Assembly (NCBI GenBank): GCA_950097015.1
Contig: CATNEN010000038.1
Location: forward strand, 17,236,001 to 17,300,000
Origin: Macrostomum hystrix
Lineage: Eukaryota; Animalia; Platyhelminthes
Direction of reading: 5' to 3'
Length of the DNA stretch: 64,000 bases
Shown here: positions 33,373 through 47,009 of the stretch, piece by piece
Layout: each line of letters starts with the position of its first letter
Numbering within the stretch: the first letter of the stretch is position 1
The notes under the pieces: generated by a model
Told to the model about the DNA's origin: nothing
The model's database searches: none
The model's input: the letters and a program-made list of their open reading frames with translations, nothing else
Translations under genes and position numbers: made by a program

Positions 33373-33587
33373 ATGGGAATAGACTAGCAATCCATTGTAC
33401 TCCTTTCACCATGAGAATAGACTAGCAATCCATTGTACTCCTTTATCCATGGGAATAGTCTAGCAATCCATTATATTGCTTTATCGATGGAAATATACTA
33501 GCAATCCATTATATTGATTTATACATGGGAATAGACTAGCAATCCATTATATTGCTTTATCGATGGGAATAGACTAGCAATCCATTA
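33373..33587. repeat. 38-bp minisatellite downstream of the MAP1/futsch stop
   Basis: GGGAATAGACTAGCAATCCATT..., about 6 copies. Confidence 0.88.
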
Positions 33588-33714
33588 AAGCCGTAAAAAA
33601 GTTTTTGTAGTCAATTGTAGTCGAACAATTGCCAAGCGATAATAGTTAAGTAACGAATGTTTTCTAGGAATCAGTAAAGTCTGTGTACTCGCGCAAAGCC
33701 GACAACAGATAAAT

Positions 33715-36700
33715 TCAAAGCTCAACTCGATAACCGGGACAGCCGGAGTCGTCGCCGGAGCCCATTCGCACCTGGCAGCTGGCGACAGCCGGCGCCACCC
33801 GGATGTTGGCTTCGGTCAGTTTGGCCGAATTTTCTGACAGCCAAGCAGCGACAGTTTCGGTGTCGTAGGCGAGCACCAAGGAGGTCTCCTCAGCTGGCCA
33901 GGCGGTCAGCTTGGCCTCCAGTAGGGCGTTCAACACGCTGCAGTCCGGCTGGCAGCTGGCCAGAGCGTAGTGGCGAGCCCGAACTCGGCGAAAGAATTCG
34001 GCATCGACGCTGCCTGGCTCGCCGCGGCCGGGAATGTAGGCCAAATCGAACCAGTAGACTGGGCCGGCTGGAGACGAGCTAGCCAACGCGGTGGCGGTTG
34101 TCGGGCGAGACTTGGCTGACACGACTGACGGCGGAGGCGCCGGCAGTCCCAATGGATGACCCCAGTCACTCAACGGATCAAGCTGCTGCTGCTGCTGTCC
34201 GTCACCACTGCTGCTGCTGTGCCGATAAAACGAATCCGTCATGCCAACACCAGCTAAATCGTCGACATCGGCAACGGCAGCTTCGTTGGCTTGCAGGACA
34301 GAGTCAGATAAATAAGAGGAGGTGCCATTTCCTGTGCCGTTATTGCCGGCCTCAGTAAGTAGGCTGCTATTTTCACCGGATTCAGCATAATCATCACCGA
34401 TATCGACGCCAGAAACTGGCTTTTTTATAATCGGGGCCCGCTTTACGGAGTCATCATCATTGTCGGAGTCACGAGCGAAGCCGAACTCGCTGGATAATGG
34501 CCGAGATTCTTCTACGTCAGCTTTTCTTACGGCAACAGTTTGGAGGCCGTCATCCGCACCGGCTAGGTAGTCTATATTCTCAGGCTTTAGCGGCTCCAAA
34601 TGCTGCTCCTGCTGGCGATCTTGGGCACTGCCTGCACTGCGCCACACAATGTCGTCAACATCTTCAGTGCCCAGTTGGTCGTCATCATCAGCCTCATCAT
34701 TTTCGTTGGCGCTGGCGCCCTCGCCAGATTGACTGCTATGGTAACGAGGTCTGATTGTTTGCATAGCATCAGAATGATCATTGCCATTGCTATGCGCGCC
34801 AAAGTTGTTGCCGAGCAGGTCGTTAGCCTTTTCTTGTTCATAGCCAAAAGTTTCTTCAAATCGCTGCTGGTCATGACCAAATGGGTCAGACGACTTCTGG
34901 TAGTCTTCACCGAATGCGTCATAAGTCTTCTGCTGCTCATCACCGAAAGCGTCACGAGGCTTCTGTTGCTCATCACCGAATACGTCATAAGTCTTCTGCT
35001 GCTCATCACAGAAAGCGTCATGAGGCTTCTGTTGCTCATCACCGAATGCGTCATAAGTCTTCTGCTGCTCATCACCGAATGCGTCATAAGTCTTCTGTTG
35101 CTCATCACTGAAAGCGTCACGAGGCTTCTGTTGCTCATCACCGAATGCGTGATAAGTCTTCTGCTGCTCATCACCGAATGCGTGATAAGGCTTCTGGTGC
35201 TCATCACCGAAAGCGTCAGAAGGCTTCTGGTGCTCATCACCGAAAGCGTCATAAGGCTTCTGGTGCTCATCACCGAAAGCGTCATGAGGCTTCTGTTTCT
35301 TATCACCGAATGCGTCATAAGTCTTCTGTTGCTCATCACCGAAAGCGTCACGAGGCTTCTGTTGCTCATCACCGAATGCGTCATAAGTCTTCTGCTGCTC
35401 ATCACCGAATGCGTGATAAGGCTCCTGGTGCTCATCACCGAAAGCGTCATGAGGCTTCTGTTGCTTATCGCCGAATGCGTGATAAGGCTCCTGGTGCTCA
35501 TCACCGAAAGCGTCATGAGGCTTCTGTTGCTCATCACCGAATGCGTCATAGGTCTTCTGTTGCTCATCACCGAAAGCGTCATGAGGCTTCTGTTGCTTAT
35601 CGCCGAATGCGTCATAAGGCTTCTGGTGCTCATCGTAGATATTGTCGCGAGGCTTCTGGTATTCAGCACTGAATTCGTCATAAGGCTTCTGGTGCTCATC
35701 ACTAAACGCTTCAAGAGGCTTCTGGTGGACAGCATCGAACTTAGAAAGATTCGGCTGGTCTTCACTGAACCTGTCGTAAGCAAGATGCTCCTCTTTATGC
35801 CAATGAAAATCTATTGGTTTTTGACGCGTCTGGTCCATTTCTATATCTGCAGGGATACATGTCTCTAGACGCTCAGTAGTCTCTTTCACGTCTTCCTTTT
35901 TGTGTTCTTCTTCATCATGCATCGCGCTCTGCTCCTGGTCATCCACAGTCTCAAAATGCTTATCAGATGTCTGCTCTTCATGATTGAAATCATCAGCGAA
36001 TTCCTGAGACTTTCTCTCATCTTCGTCAGCAGCTTTAAGAATCTCGTCAGATCTCTGCTCTTCCTCATCAGCAGCCTCAATAATCTCGTCAGATCTCTGC
36101 TCTTCCTCATCAGCAGCCTCAATAATCTCGTCAGATCTCTGCTCTTCCTCGTCAATCTCGTGAGATCTCTGCTCTTCCTCGTCAATCTCGTGAGATCTCT
36201 GCTCTTCCTCGTCAATCTCGTGAGATCGCTGCTCTTCCTCATCAGCAGCCTCAAGAATGTCGTGAGATCTCTGCTCTTCCTCGTCAGCAGCCTCAATAAT
36301 CTCGTGAGATCTCTGCTCTTCCTCGTCAATCTCGTGAGATCGCTGCTCTTCCTCATCAGCAGCCTCAATAATCTCGTCAGATCTCTGCTCTTCCTCGTCA
36401 ATCTCGTGAGATCTCTGCTCTTCCTCGTCAATCTCGTGAGATCTCTGCTCTTCCTCGTCAATCTCGTGAGATCTCTGCTCTTCCTCATCAGCAGGCTCAA
36501 TAATCTCGTGAGATCGCTGCTCTTCCTCGTCAGCAGCCTCAAGAATCTCGCGAGATCTCTGCTCTTCCTCATCAGCAGCCTCAAGAATGTCGTGAGATCT
36601 CTGCTCTTCCTCATCAGCAGCCTCAAGAATCTCGTGAGATCTCTGCTCTTCCTCGACAATCTCGTGAGATCTCTGCTCTTCCTCGACAATCTCGTGAGAT

Positions 36701-39700
36701 CTCTGCTCTTCCTCGACAATCTCGTGAGATCTCTGCTCTTCCTCGACAATCTCGTGAGATCTCTGCTCTTCTTCATCAGCAGCCTCAACAATCTCGTGAG
36801 ATCGTTGCTCTTCCTCGTCAGCAGCCTCAATAATCTCGTGAGATCGTTCCTCTTCCTCATAGGCAGCTGCAAGAATCTGTTTTTCGTCTTTAGTTGGTTC
36901 GATAATCTCCTGAGTCTTCTGCTCTCCCTGAACTAGATCAGTTGCTTTTAGCTCAACACCGTCGGACAGCAGAGATTCGCTAGCCTTGGAGACTTCCTCC
37001 TTAGATACGTCAACAACAGGAGCGGCAGATTGCAGCTTTTTCTTGCCTGTAATTGGCACCTTCTTGGCCGCAGGTTCCTTAGTTTTTGGAGCGGCCGCTG
37101 CAGCTTTAACCTTCGGGGCAGGCGGCTCTGCTTTGACCTTGGGCGCCGGTGAAGCTGCTTTAGGTTTCTGCGCAGGTGACTCGACCTTTGCAGCTTTCGG
37201 CGCCGGCGAAGACGCCTTTAACTTTGGAACAGGCGGCTCAGCCTTAACCTTCGGCTTAGGGGCCGCTGCGGGCTCCACCTTTCGCTTCGGGGCCGCCGCA
37301 GGCTCCGCCTTTCGCTTCGGGGCTGCAGCGGGCTCCGCCTTTGGCTTCGGGGCCGCCGCAGGCTCCGCCTTTGGCTTTGGGGCCGCCGCGGGCTCCGCCT
37401 TCGGCTTTGGGGCAGTCTTGATTTTCATCACAGCCGGAGAAGCAGTCTTTGTAGGTACAGCTGCTGGCTTAACAGCTGTCTTGACTGGCTCAGCCTTATT
37501 AACCGTCGAGTTAGAAGCTAAAGCCACCGTTGTGCGATTCGCTGAAACTGCAGTCTTCTTGGGCGCAACAGACAGGGCAGCAGCATTGGAGCTGGCCGGC
37601 GCTGGGCTAGGCGATTTAGAAGACTTTGAGGCGGCAGCTGACGCATCCTTCGCAACCGCTGGCTTAGCCGAAGCAGCCGTCGGTTTAGCTTTCGGCGCAG
37701 CAGCAGCAGCAGCGGGAGCAGCACTGGCTGGCTTCTTTGCAGCAGCAACAGTTGGCTTTGTCGTAGGCGCCGATGCTGCAGGAGCGGCAGATTTCGGCTT
37801 GACCTCCTGCGGCCCGGTGTACACGCAACTAGTCAAGCAGTCCAAAGTCTTGACGTCGCGATCCAGCGCCTGCAAAAGCTGCGATTGGCTAGCGGAGCCA
37901 GGCAGCAAGATGCGTGACCAAACAGACCTGGCAGCGTTCTGCCAGACTAGTAGGCCCGCGAAATCCTTTGACACAGCTGGTGTCACGGTAGGCTTTTTAG
38001 TCTTCGCCTGCTGCTCAGCGATTAGCAGACTATAGAGATTTAGACTGCCCCGGCCAATCATAGAGTAGACAGTGAGAGGGTCGGCTGATTTGATTTTTGG
38101 CGCCGAAAGAACATCGTGCAGGTGAAGTGCGCCGCCGTTGTATGCCCTCAGTAGCTCGTAGACAGCGGAGGCGGCCGAGGGATCCGAAGCGGCCGGCCTG
38201 CCGGGAATGAGGCAGGTCTGCAGTTTCGGGCCGGAGCCGGAGAAGCCGCCCAGGTGGCTGAGCATGGCACCCAAACCGGCCGACTCGCTCCAGTTGGTCA
38301 GCAGGATTGCGTCAATCTTGGATAGAAAGGCGAGAAAACGCCAGGCGTTGGGCGAGACGCCGACGCCGAGGCCGCTAACCAGACAGTAGCCGTCAAAGCA
38401 GAGGCACAGGGAGGCGGACTCGGCCTCCGGGAACAGGTAGACAACTGGCCGACGCTCAACGCCGCTGCAGCTGACGGAGCCGGAGTCGTTGGCGGAAGCA
38501 GGAGGGCGCATGGATCTAGAAGAGTCGCCGCTCTGTTCGATGGCCCGGTCAACAATGGAGGCGCATAAATTGGCGACAATATTGTCGTCATTGTCGTCGT
38601 TAGTAATGCCGGAGGATGGCGCGGCGGCAAAGCTGACATCGCCGTCGCCGGCTAGTTGAATCAGTCGCTTGGAGCTTAGGTGGGCGTCGCGAAGCAGCCA
38701 GGTGTTGGACTGTCCTGACAGGGTCGGCCCGGCGTAGACGATTCGACGACGATTGTAGCGAGCGCGAGCGGCCCACAGATGCTCGGAGAGGCTGCGTAAG
38801 CTGGGATTAAGCAGTGCCCGAACTGCCAGTCGCTGATCCTCGGCCAGCCACTCCAGACAGGTGTCAGCTAGCAATGGGATTTGGCAGCAGGTGTCATTAA
38901 CATGGGACTGGGGCTAAATTAGCTATGAAAGGGCTACATTTTGATTTATTGACAAGAGAAACGCATGACTCAGTGGCTGAAGAAATGCATCCAGTGGCAG
39001 AGCAGTTAACAGGTTTGCCTCTCACACCAAGGTCCCTGAGCTCGATTCCGCGGTGAGGCAACATTCATTAAGGGCGCAGCCGCGGAGAGAAGGCTTGGAG
39101 ACTTGTCATGCAATTTACGCCCTTGAGGACCAGCCTACAAGGCACAGTGAGTGTACACTGCCTGACGATGAGAAAGTCAGGGTAGATGAACACACCCTGT
39201 GAGAACGTGTGCTCGAATCTGCAGCTAGGTCTCACTTATTTGGGTCGCTGCCACAGAGAGAAGGCTTTGGGGCTTGTACTTTAATTTACGCCCGTTAGGG
39301 CCAACCCCGAAAGATACTGTGATTGTCTTTTTAAGAGTCAGCGGAATGTTTAGAATTGCCTGTTCGCGGGCTGCGGGTTGACTGTCGTCAAATGATGCAC
39401 CAGTGCCCACAGCTCTGCAAATATTATTTTTATAATACGGCTCCAAAAATTGCTTTGTTTAGTTTAGTAATAAACGCAAATCTTGACAAGTCGAGACTTT
39501 GATTTAGCCAGAAATTTGTCTGTTTTAAACTAGTGCCACTCATAATGCTGCGAAGTTTTAGTAAGTGGATGTACTAACCACTTGGACTAGCTAAGCCAGA
39601 TTCTACAATACTAAGTAGAAGTTAAGATAGTCAATAGATGTTAGCAATAATTTAATGCAGCAGGGTTTGTGTTTATATTTATCTACGAGCTAATTAGGTT

Positions 39701-42700
39701 CTGGCTAACCAAGTAAACCTTCCTAACCCACCAGCTTGCCCAGATGCCAAGCTCGAACTGGACGAAAACGCAGCGACTGCACTTACACATCTATAAACCA
39801 GCTTGTCGCACGGCAATAATCTTGACTAAGCCTTAAGATACGTGCATATTATTTGATTTTATTTGCTCGATGTCATACTAAATCACATCATAGTCAACAA
39901 CAATTAATAATGAAAATTGATTTCACAAATAATCTAGTTAACTATATAAAGTTATTTTAGGATTCCTTATTTTGCTTTGGCCTCTGATTAGTCACACTCT
40001 TTAAACTTCTCTTACTGTCAATCGCTGTCTCTATCTACAATTGTCACTTTGCTTTCTCCCTCTCAATGTGATATGACTGACTCCACTCGATTTAAACTTT
40101 CAATGCCACTTCTCTCCCTGTCAGTGTCACCATCAGCCTCCCAATGTCACTCTTGCCCACTCAATGTCACTCCCCCTCTAAATGGCACTCCCCTCTGAGT
40201 GTAACTTCCGCTCTCAATATCCCCTCCCCTCTCAATATCCCCTCCCCTCTTAATGTCCCTTCCCCTCTCAATGTCACTCCTTTTCTCAATGTCCCTTTAC
40301 CTCTCAATGTCACTCCTCTTCTAAATGTCCCTTTACCTCTAAATGTCCCTTCCCCTCTCAATGTCACTCCTCTTCTAAATGTCCCTTTACCTCTAAATGT
40401 CACTCCCCTCTCAATGTCACTCCCCACTCTCAATGTCACTCCCCACTCTCAATGTCACTCCCCACTCTCAATGTCACTCCTCACTCTCAATGTCACTCCC
40501 CACTCTCAATGTCACTCCACACTCTCAATGTCACTCTTCACTCTCAATGTCACTCCCACTATCTCAATATCTGGCACAGCTTGGAGCTTACACAAACTCG
40601 TATATATATATATATATATATTATGTTGAATTGCATTAGAAATACAGGACAGCTAAATACAGGACGCTGATAGAATTAGAACCCACCCAATAGCGTTATC
40701 GGCCAGACAAGCCGATCGATACGACTCGCAGTCTCTAACCTCAAAAAGCCTCACACAAAAAATGTCCATCGTATCCCACCAGACTAGCTATTTATAAGCG
40801 CACAGGGAAATAACCAGTATAGACTAGACTAAGGGTGGATAATTTATTTAGGGCACACTGTACTCTGTCCGAATGATTTTATAATCAATATTTAGCATTA
40901 GCACCGAGTGCGAATTGTGGTCTAATTAATTCAGTGTAGCTGAATCTCTTAGGTACAAAAGGCACACTTTAATTTAGTATTAGCTATTATATACTGGTCA
41001 TTTCTTGTTTCCGCTATGTAGGACATTTTACTTGACTATTTTCTTGTTAATACTTGCAATCTTTGATTAAAAGACGAGTTTGCTTTGGCGGTTCTAGAAA
41101 CTGAAGACACACAATATGAAAGAACATGCCAACTGCCCATATTTAGTTAGATGAGCAGAATTTTTAATTTACCGCCCACTGATAAACTATCAATAAAAAA
41201 ACATTTCTCTGTGATAAATAGGAACGGAATGGACGAGCGAGGAAGACTGGGGATAGAAAATGAGGCACAATGTACATGATAACAGGGCTGGAAAGCTCTT
41301 AGTCACACAGTTTGAAGCCATACAGCTCAGCTCAACTGTAAGGCCAGACCGGAATAGTAAGCCAACGGTCTCCGCCCAAGCCCACAGACTCCATCGACTC
41401 AGTAATACTACAGAAAAAAAACTAACTATAAATCTTTATTTTCTGCATCTATAAGATCGTGGCCTGATAAAGCATTAGTCAGACACTCCGTACATAGTTA
41501 ACTATATATGCATAGCGTCCAAACTAGCCAATGAACAAGGCATTTATTATTGGATTAAACAACTTCTAGTGCATAGTTTTATGTTACAAAAAAGCATAAC
41601 AAAAAACTATAGAATGAAATTAAGCAGATATCTTCTTGTTTCTAAATGTTTGCGACTTTTTTGTTTAAATTAAAATTTCACCACGATGGGATTACTAAAT
41701 GACAGGCTCAGTAGCTAATAAACTTTAACGCAACACCTCATAAAATGTGGGTAATGCCCTAATGATGTCAACTAAAAATTCCATGGAAAGTGGGTAGTGT
41801 AACACGTTAACCAAAACACAACGGAGTAATGGGAGAATTCAGAAGGAAATTAGATTGAGACATCCTAATAATAATAACTGCAGGACTGCGGGCAACGGCA
41901 CATTATTTGGTGCGAGGAGGCAATTCTACCCGATTCCTAAGAACTCCTAAGAACACAATCCTTGTACCTTTGGAGGTTCGCCCTAAAGGGGCTTAAGTTG
42001 CACGACAAGCCGCCAAGCCTTCTCTCCGCGGCTGCGCCCCAATGAATGTGGCCTCGCCGCGGAATCGAACTCAGGTACCTTGGTGCGAGTGGCAAACGCG
42101 TTAGACCACTCTGCCACTGACCCACCGATTGAGATTGCTTGGTTTGAGTTAGAAAACAACAACAGAAAAAAACTTTTCGGCCTACAAAAAGAAACTATTT
42201 TAAAAAGGGCTTCGTGGACCATAGTTTGCGAGTCAGCAAAGTGGAAAATATGTGCAACTGGCTGGCCAGGCCAAGTCTAGATTATTTTGTAAAAGGAGAA
42301 TAGAGAAAGCCAGCAGAAACATAAAAAAACACACGCGAAAAAGCAGCTGACGATTCCGCCTAAAAAGGGGAAAGGAATGAATCATTTGGGGGCCTGGGGT
42401 GGGGTGGGTAGGCGTTGGTAGGCTCTCTCTCTCTCCCCCAAATGCTGGGCCTAGAAGCAGCCCTTGTTTCCAAAGCCTTTCTAAAAAATCCTTACTCTCT
42501 TGCCCCTTTTCTGGTCGGGGTTTCGCTAGCTGGCTTTGGCCAAATTTAGGCACCCTAGGGAGTTTGAAGGAGAGAAAAAGAAGGCGGTAGTTTAGTGGCG
42601 GCCTTGACCACGCGGCTGCTGCTTAACACTAGACGAGAACAGACTAAGGGCTATCTCGCGCTAGCCACAATATGGAAAATTTCGACAGTCACGCAGAGCA

Positions 42701-43979
42701 GAAAAATTCCATTCTATATCATCCTAATTATGCTAATGAGTCACTGGCACACAACATGATGAGTGCTAGCTAGACGAAATGCTAGCACACATGGAACACA
42801 TAGGAACACATGGAATAGGGGTGTCTGTGCCTAAAAGATACACAGCTATGCATATAATAATTTAGTAATTTCAATTTCATCCATCACTGCCATAATAATA
42901 TATGGGCAAACAGATATGTACACAGAAAGTATGTGTTTAATTTGCCATTTGTTAAATGAACACTGTAAGTGTATCAGAAACAGGCATATCAAAATAGGTA
43001 GAGAGGAAGAATAGACATTTGAATGTCTCAACAGTTTCACCTGAAACTAAATATTAATAAATGTACGAGCGTAATGTGGTAATATATCAAATCAAGCTGT
43101 GTACATATATCAAATGAAATCGTCAAATGTAAACTATAACTAGAAAGGACTTTAAACATTTTCTTTGCAATAAAACAATTCAATATATTTTCAAGCTTTA
43201 CTTACTTGCATCACTGCACTTCAGATTAGTTGGATTGTTGGCTGCCAGTTGACGAAGCTGCTCAATGGCTGCAGCATCATTGAATAGATCCCATGACTTG
43301 ATACCTAAAAGTAAACAAATATGACAAATTTGGAGTTTTAGATATTTACTAATGTACATAGGCCCTAACCAAGATGGAAATGAAAAATGGAAATTAACTT
43401 CAAATTTAAACCACTCCTAAAAATTGTTTGAATTATCATAAACCTTTGTTGGTAATTAAATTATTGTGGCATAGTATAGCCCAAGTTATACTATGTAGGT
43501 TTAATGATGAGACCATATCATAACCTTACTAGCCAGCTAGCTAGATCAAAATTAGCCATTACTAGGCCTAATAATAGCCCAGTTTTACTGCTACTACTAA
43601 TTTTGTTTAATACTGTTAACAACTAATAACCTATTATTATTTTTAGACTTTTTTAGCAGATCATAATTAAAATATTAATATTTTGCCATATAGCTTATTG
43701 CTAATGGCTATGGCAAAACAATGCCTATTCTATTTCTGTATTATAGAAATTGTTGTGTGTAAACCAAATTTAGAAGAATATAAATTATTTAGCAAAACAG
43801 ATTAAAGCATACAAATATTTACACAATGCTTCACCCTTAGTTAAACATGAACAAATTTTCACCTACAAAATTATAGGCCACAAACCTGATGTCAAAATTC
43901 TTATGTAGTCAGAAGTACAATTTTCTTCAGTACCACTAGTTGACCCAACAATGACAAAAACGCAGGATGCTGAAGCCAT
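33715..43979 (-). CDS. futsch: Microtubule-associated protein MAP1/Futsch: join complement(43886..43979,43206..43304,33715..38867), 1781 aa
   Basis: N-terminal VFVIVGS...GIKSWD (MAP1 GIRSWD), LLNPS, IDAILLTNW; C-terminal WGHPLGLP and DLAYIP..VDAEFFRRVRARHY..LNALLEAK..CPGYRVEL light-chain domain; two phase-1 introns give a continuous frame. Confidence 0.9.
38991..39430 (+). mobile_element. SINE family A copy followed by a second rearranged fragment
   Basis: 38991-39215 near full-length head and body; 39245-39430 a partial body and 3' region. Confidence 0.82.
40130..40570. repeat. 18-21-bp pyrimidine-rich minisatellite (CTCTCAATGTCACTCCCCA)
   Basis: About 22 degenerate copies in futsch intron 2. 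Confidence 0.88.
41868..42125 (-). mobile_element. SINE family A copy with internal deletions
   Basis: rc head TGGCAGAGTGGTCTAACGCG...GAGTTCGATTCC (canonical B-box) plus shared body. Confidence 0.85.
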
Positions 43980-46462
43980 CCTGATGCCACTAGGAGTCTT
44001 GAGGTATAATAAATTTGATAAATTATATATTTTCAATCAATCGGTCTTGTCTTCTGAACTCTAAAGACTAGAGTTTAGGTTTTAGAGAAGGCTTTAAAGG
44101 AGAAAATTAAACCGAATGTAATGATTTAATATTTATATCTTGAGTAAGCTTAATTTAGTACTCAAACGTATTTAAAAACAACGATACTAAAAATTTGCTG
44201 TATGATTTCACTCAAGCAGACGTAGCAGCTTTATAGATAGCAGACAGTGATTTCTAGTTAAGATGCACAGCGACGTAACTCAGAGCAACCGGTGCATTTC
44301 TTACTTTGACACGCCGGCGTGCGCAGTTCAATAAAGAATTTAAATCTGCGCGAAAAATGATTCATACTAATTGTTAGCAAAATAATACAACAACTACACA
44401 AAAATCACGATTAGGAAGCCAACGTTTTAAAAAAAAGAAGATGTAAATTTCACTAGTTATTATATATTTATTTTTTGTACAATTTTATTAGTACACTGGG
44501 TTTTACGACTAAGGAACTGCGACTACGGTATCAGCAACGGCACCGAAATAACTTACAATTAGTTTCTTGCACTGGCCAAAGAAATGACGTAAAAACCTTT
44601 AACGCTAAAAATAAACTGAAACTAAATAACAGTCAATCAATAAATCAAACATCAATTTAAATAAAAAAAATCTTATTTCACAGCTTTATAAATAAAAGGG
44701 CATTTCAATGTTGTCAAAAATCTCTTGTAAATAATTGAACTTTTTGTTAATCGTTTTTACAACGACCACTAGGAGTTAGACTCCTCATAGGAGTCTACTG
44801 CGCTTTTGTCTCTGAACCATAAGCTTCAATTTTGTCGGTAAATCCTATAATGACCATAAACCAAATTTAAGATATATTGTGCTTCGAAACCAGATCTAAA
44901 TATTTTAAATGAGCAACTTTAGCTTATGCACTAAGTGCCTACTTTCTAATCAAATACTAAAATCTGAGAGTGCTAATTGACAAAAAATAAACTTATTGAC
45001 AGAAAAATCCAATTTTTGTGTATAAATATACGAGCGTAGTCCATCTAATGCTAATGCTAAAACCAAAAAGCCGCAGCATGGATTTGAAAAAATCTAAACG
45101 CATGGTATAATTTTGAAATTTGTTTCATAATATTTATGAATTGAATGTAAGATAATGTCATAATAGATATTCATAATTATTTATTATACATGTGCGCAGC
45201 TGCAGCATCACACATCAGAAAAACTTGCTCATGATAGGTTTCTACTTTAACCTCTATAAGCTTGCAAGTAGAGTATATAACATACTGATTTATGCATGAG
45301 AAACTTAACAGATGCAGAAATAATCTATTAAATAAATCGTTTTATTCAGCAAGTCACAAACGTGCCACAGCTAAATGTGCTTCACTATGTATATGGCTCC
45401 ACGTGATTGCTTAGGAATATATTTGGCAAAATAATATATATATAGCCTCGCTGAGTGGTACACCCTTAATTCACACATCGATTGGACAATTAGGAGTATA
45501 ATAAAACACACTTTCATCCTACTATAAGTAACATATCAGTAATTTCGTTAAAAATTTGTTTACCTTACCATAACACTATGCTTACGTTATACTCATAAAA
45601 ATATATTATAATTTAACAGCGATCAGACAGATAATTCATGTCAAATAAAAAACTATGAATTAAATAAAACAACCAATTAAATAACATTATGCGCGTAAAT
45701 TTGAACACACCGTCATTAAAAGTAACAAGTAAATATCGACTTGCGAATGACGGCTAATTTGAATGACACTATCATTACTGATTCTGTGGGTCACTGGGAT
45801 TCAAAACATTTATTTTATGCTGAAAGAAAACAATAACGATGTACACTTGGCCGAAATACTTTAGAGCAAAATATAGATCGCAAACTATATTTCATACAGT
45901 AAATATTGTGAATGTGGCTAATTCAAGTAGGAATAGACGAGTTGAATATTCCATTTATTCTAATGAATAACAATTAATAACAATAACTACAAGTAATAGT
46001 ACTTTAAGTAGGATATGCGAAATTTAATTTAAATGAAAAATAAAATAATAACAGTATGATACAAAAAACTAATTTATAGTAGGTATGCGTACTGAAATGA
46101 ACCTAGTTAATCAAGTAAGGGATATCATTACTATCTACCACATAATATTTGCTACAATAGTCAATAAATAAGCATCAATATGTTAATTATTACATTCATC
46201 CGTTGTATAGGAAGTCACATTTGTGAACATGCACTTTAACAGATTGAGTTCATTCTATAGTAAAAATATATATATAGTTCAGCAAGGAGCAGTACAGAGG
46301 GCCATCTTAATATATACGAATTGCAAAAGTACATCATTGACAGACTGGCAATTAACAAATCTGCTCAGAAATTCTAGCAGAGCAGCCTCAGCACATGTAG
46401 CCAATACTAATGGAAGCAAGATAGATTAGGCTGGTATTGTCCTTAGTTCAAGGTGGAGATAG

Positions 46463-46888
46463 CTGAGAGTGATACAAGGAGTGCACTGAGAGTGACCCAA
46501 CCAAAGGAGTGCACAGAGAGTGATCCAAGGAGTGCACTGAGAGTGACCCAAGGAGTGCACTGAGAGTGACCCAACCAAAGGAGTGCACAGAGAGTGATCC
46601 AAAGAGTGCACTGAGAGTGATCCAAGGAGTGCACTGAGAGTGATACAAGGAGTGCACTAAGATTGATCCAAGGAGTTCTCTGAGAGTGATCCAAGGAGTG
46701 CACTGAGAGTGATCCAAGGAGTGCACTGAGAGTGACCCAACCAAAGGAGTGCACAGAGAGTGATCCAAAGAGTGCACTGAGAGTGATCCAAGGAGTGCAC
46801 TGAGAGTGATCCAAAGAGTGCACTGAGAGTGATCCAAAGAGTGCACTGAGAGTGATACAAAGAGTGCACTGAGAGTGATCCAAAGAGT
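46463..46888. repeat. 23-bp minisatellite (GAGTGCACTGAGAGTGATCCAAG)
   Basis: About 17 copies, some with a 5-bp insertion. Confidence 0.93.
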
Positions 46889-47009
46889 TACCACATAGGT
46901 GGAGAAGAGACGGAGCACTATTCGATATCAGGCACCAATCGATTGAATACCGGGGACATATTTGTCATTGGATTAGTAGTTAAACCAGCCTAGTCAGAGG
47001 GTGGGCTCC

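Noticed and set aside
34587-38035. Antisense and alternate-frame ORFs over futsch (398, 422, 328, 344 and 349 aa)
   Set aside because: Shadows of repetitive coding sequence; only one frame carries the MAP1 domains
42846-43040. Candidate extra futsch exon after tttcag|
   Set aside because: The phase-1 reading hits a stop, and exon 2 already joins the large exon with correct homology spacing
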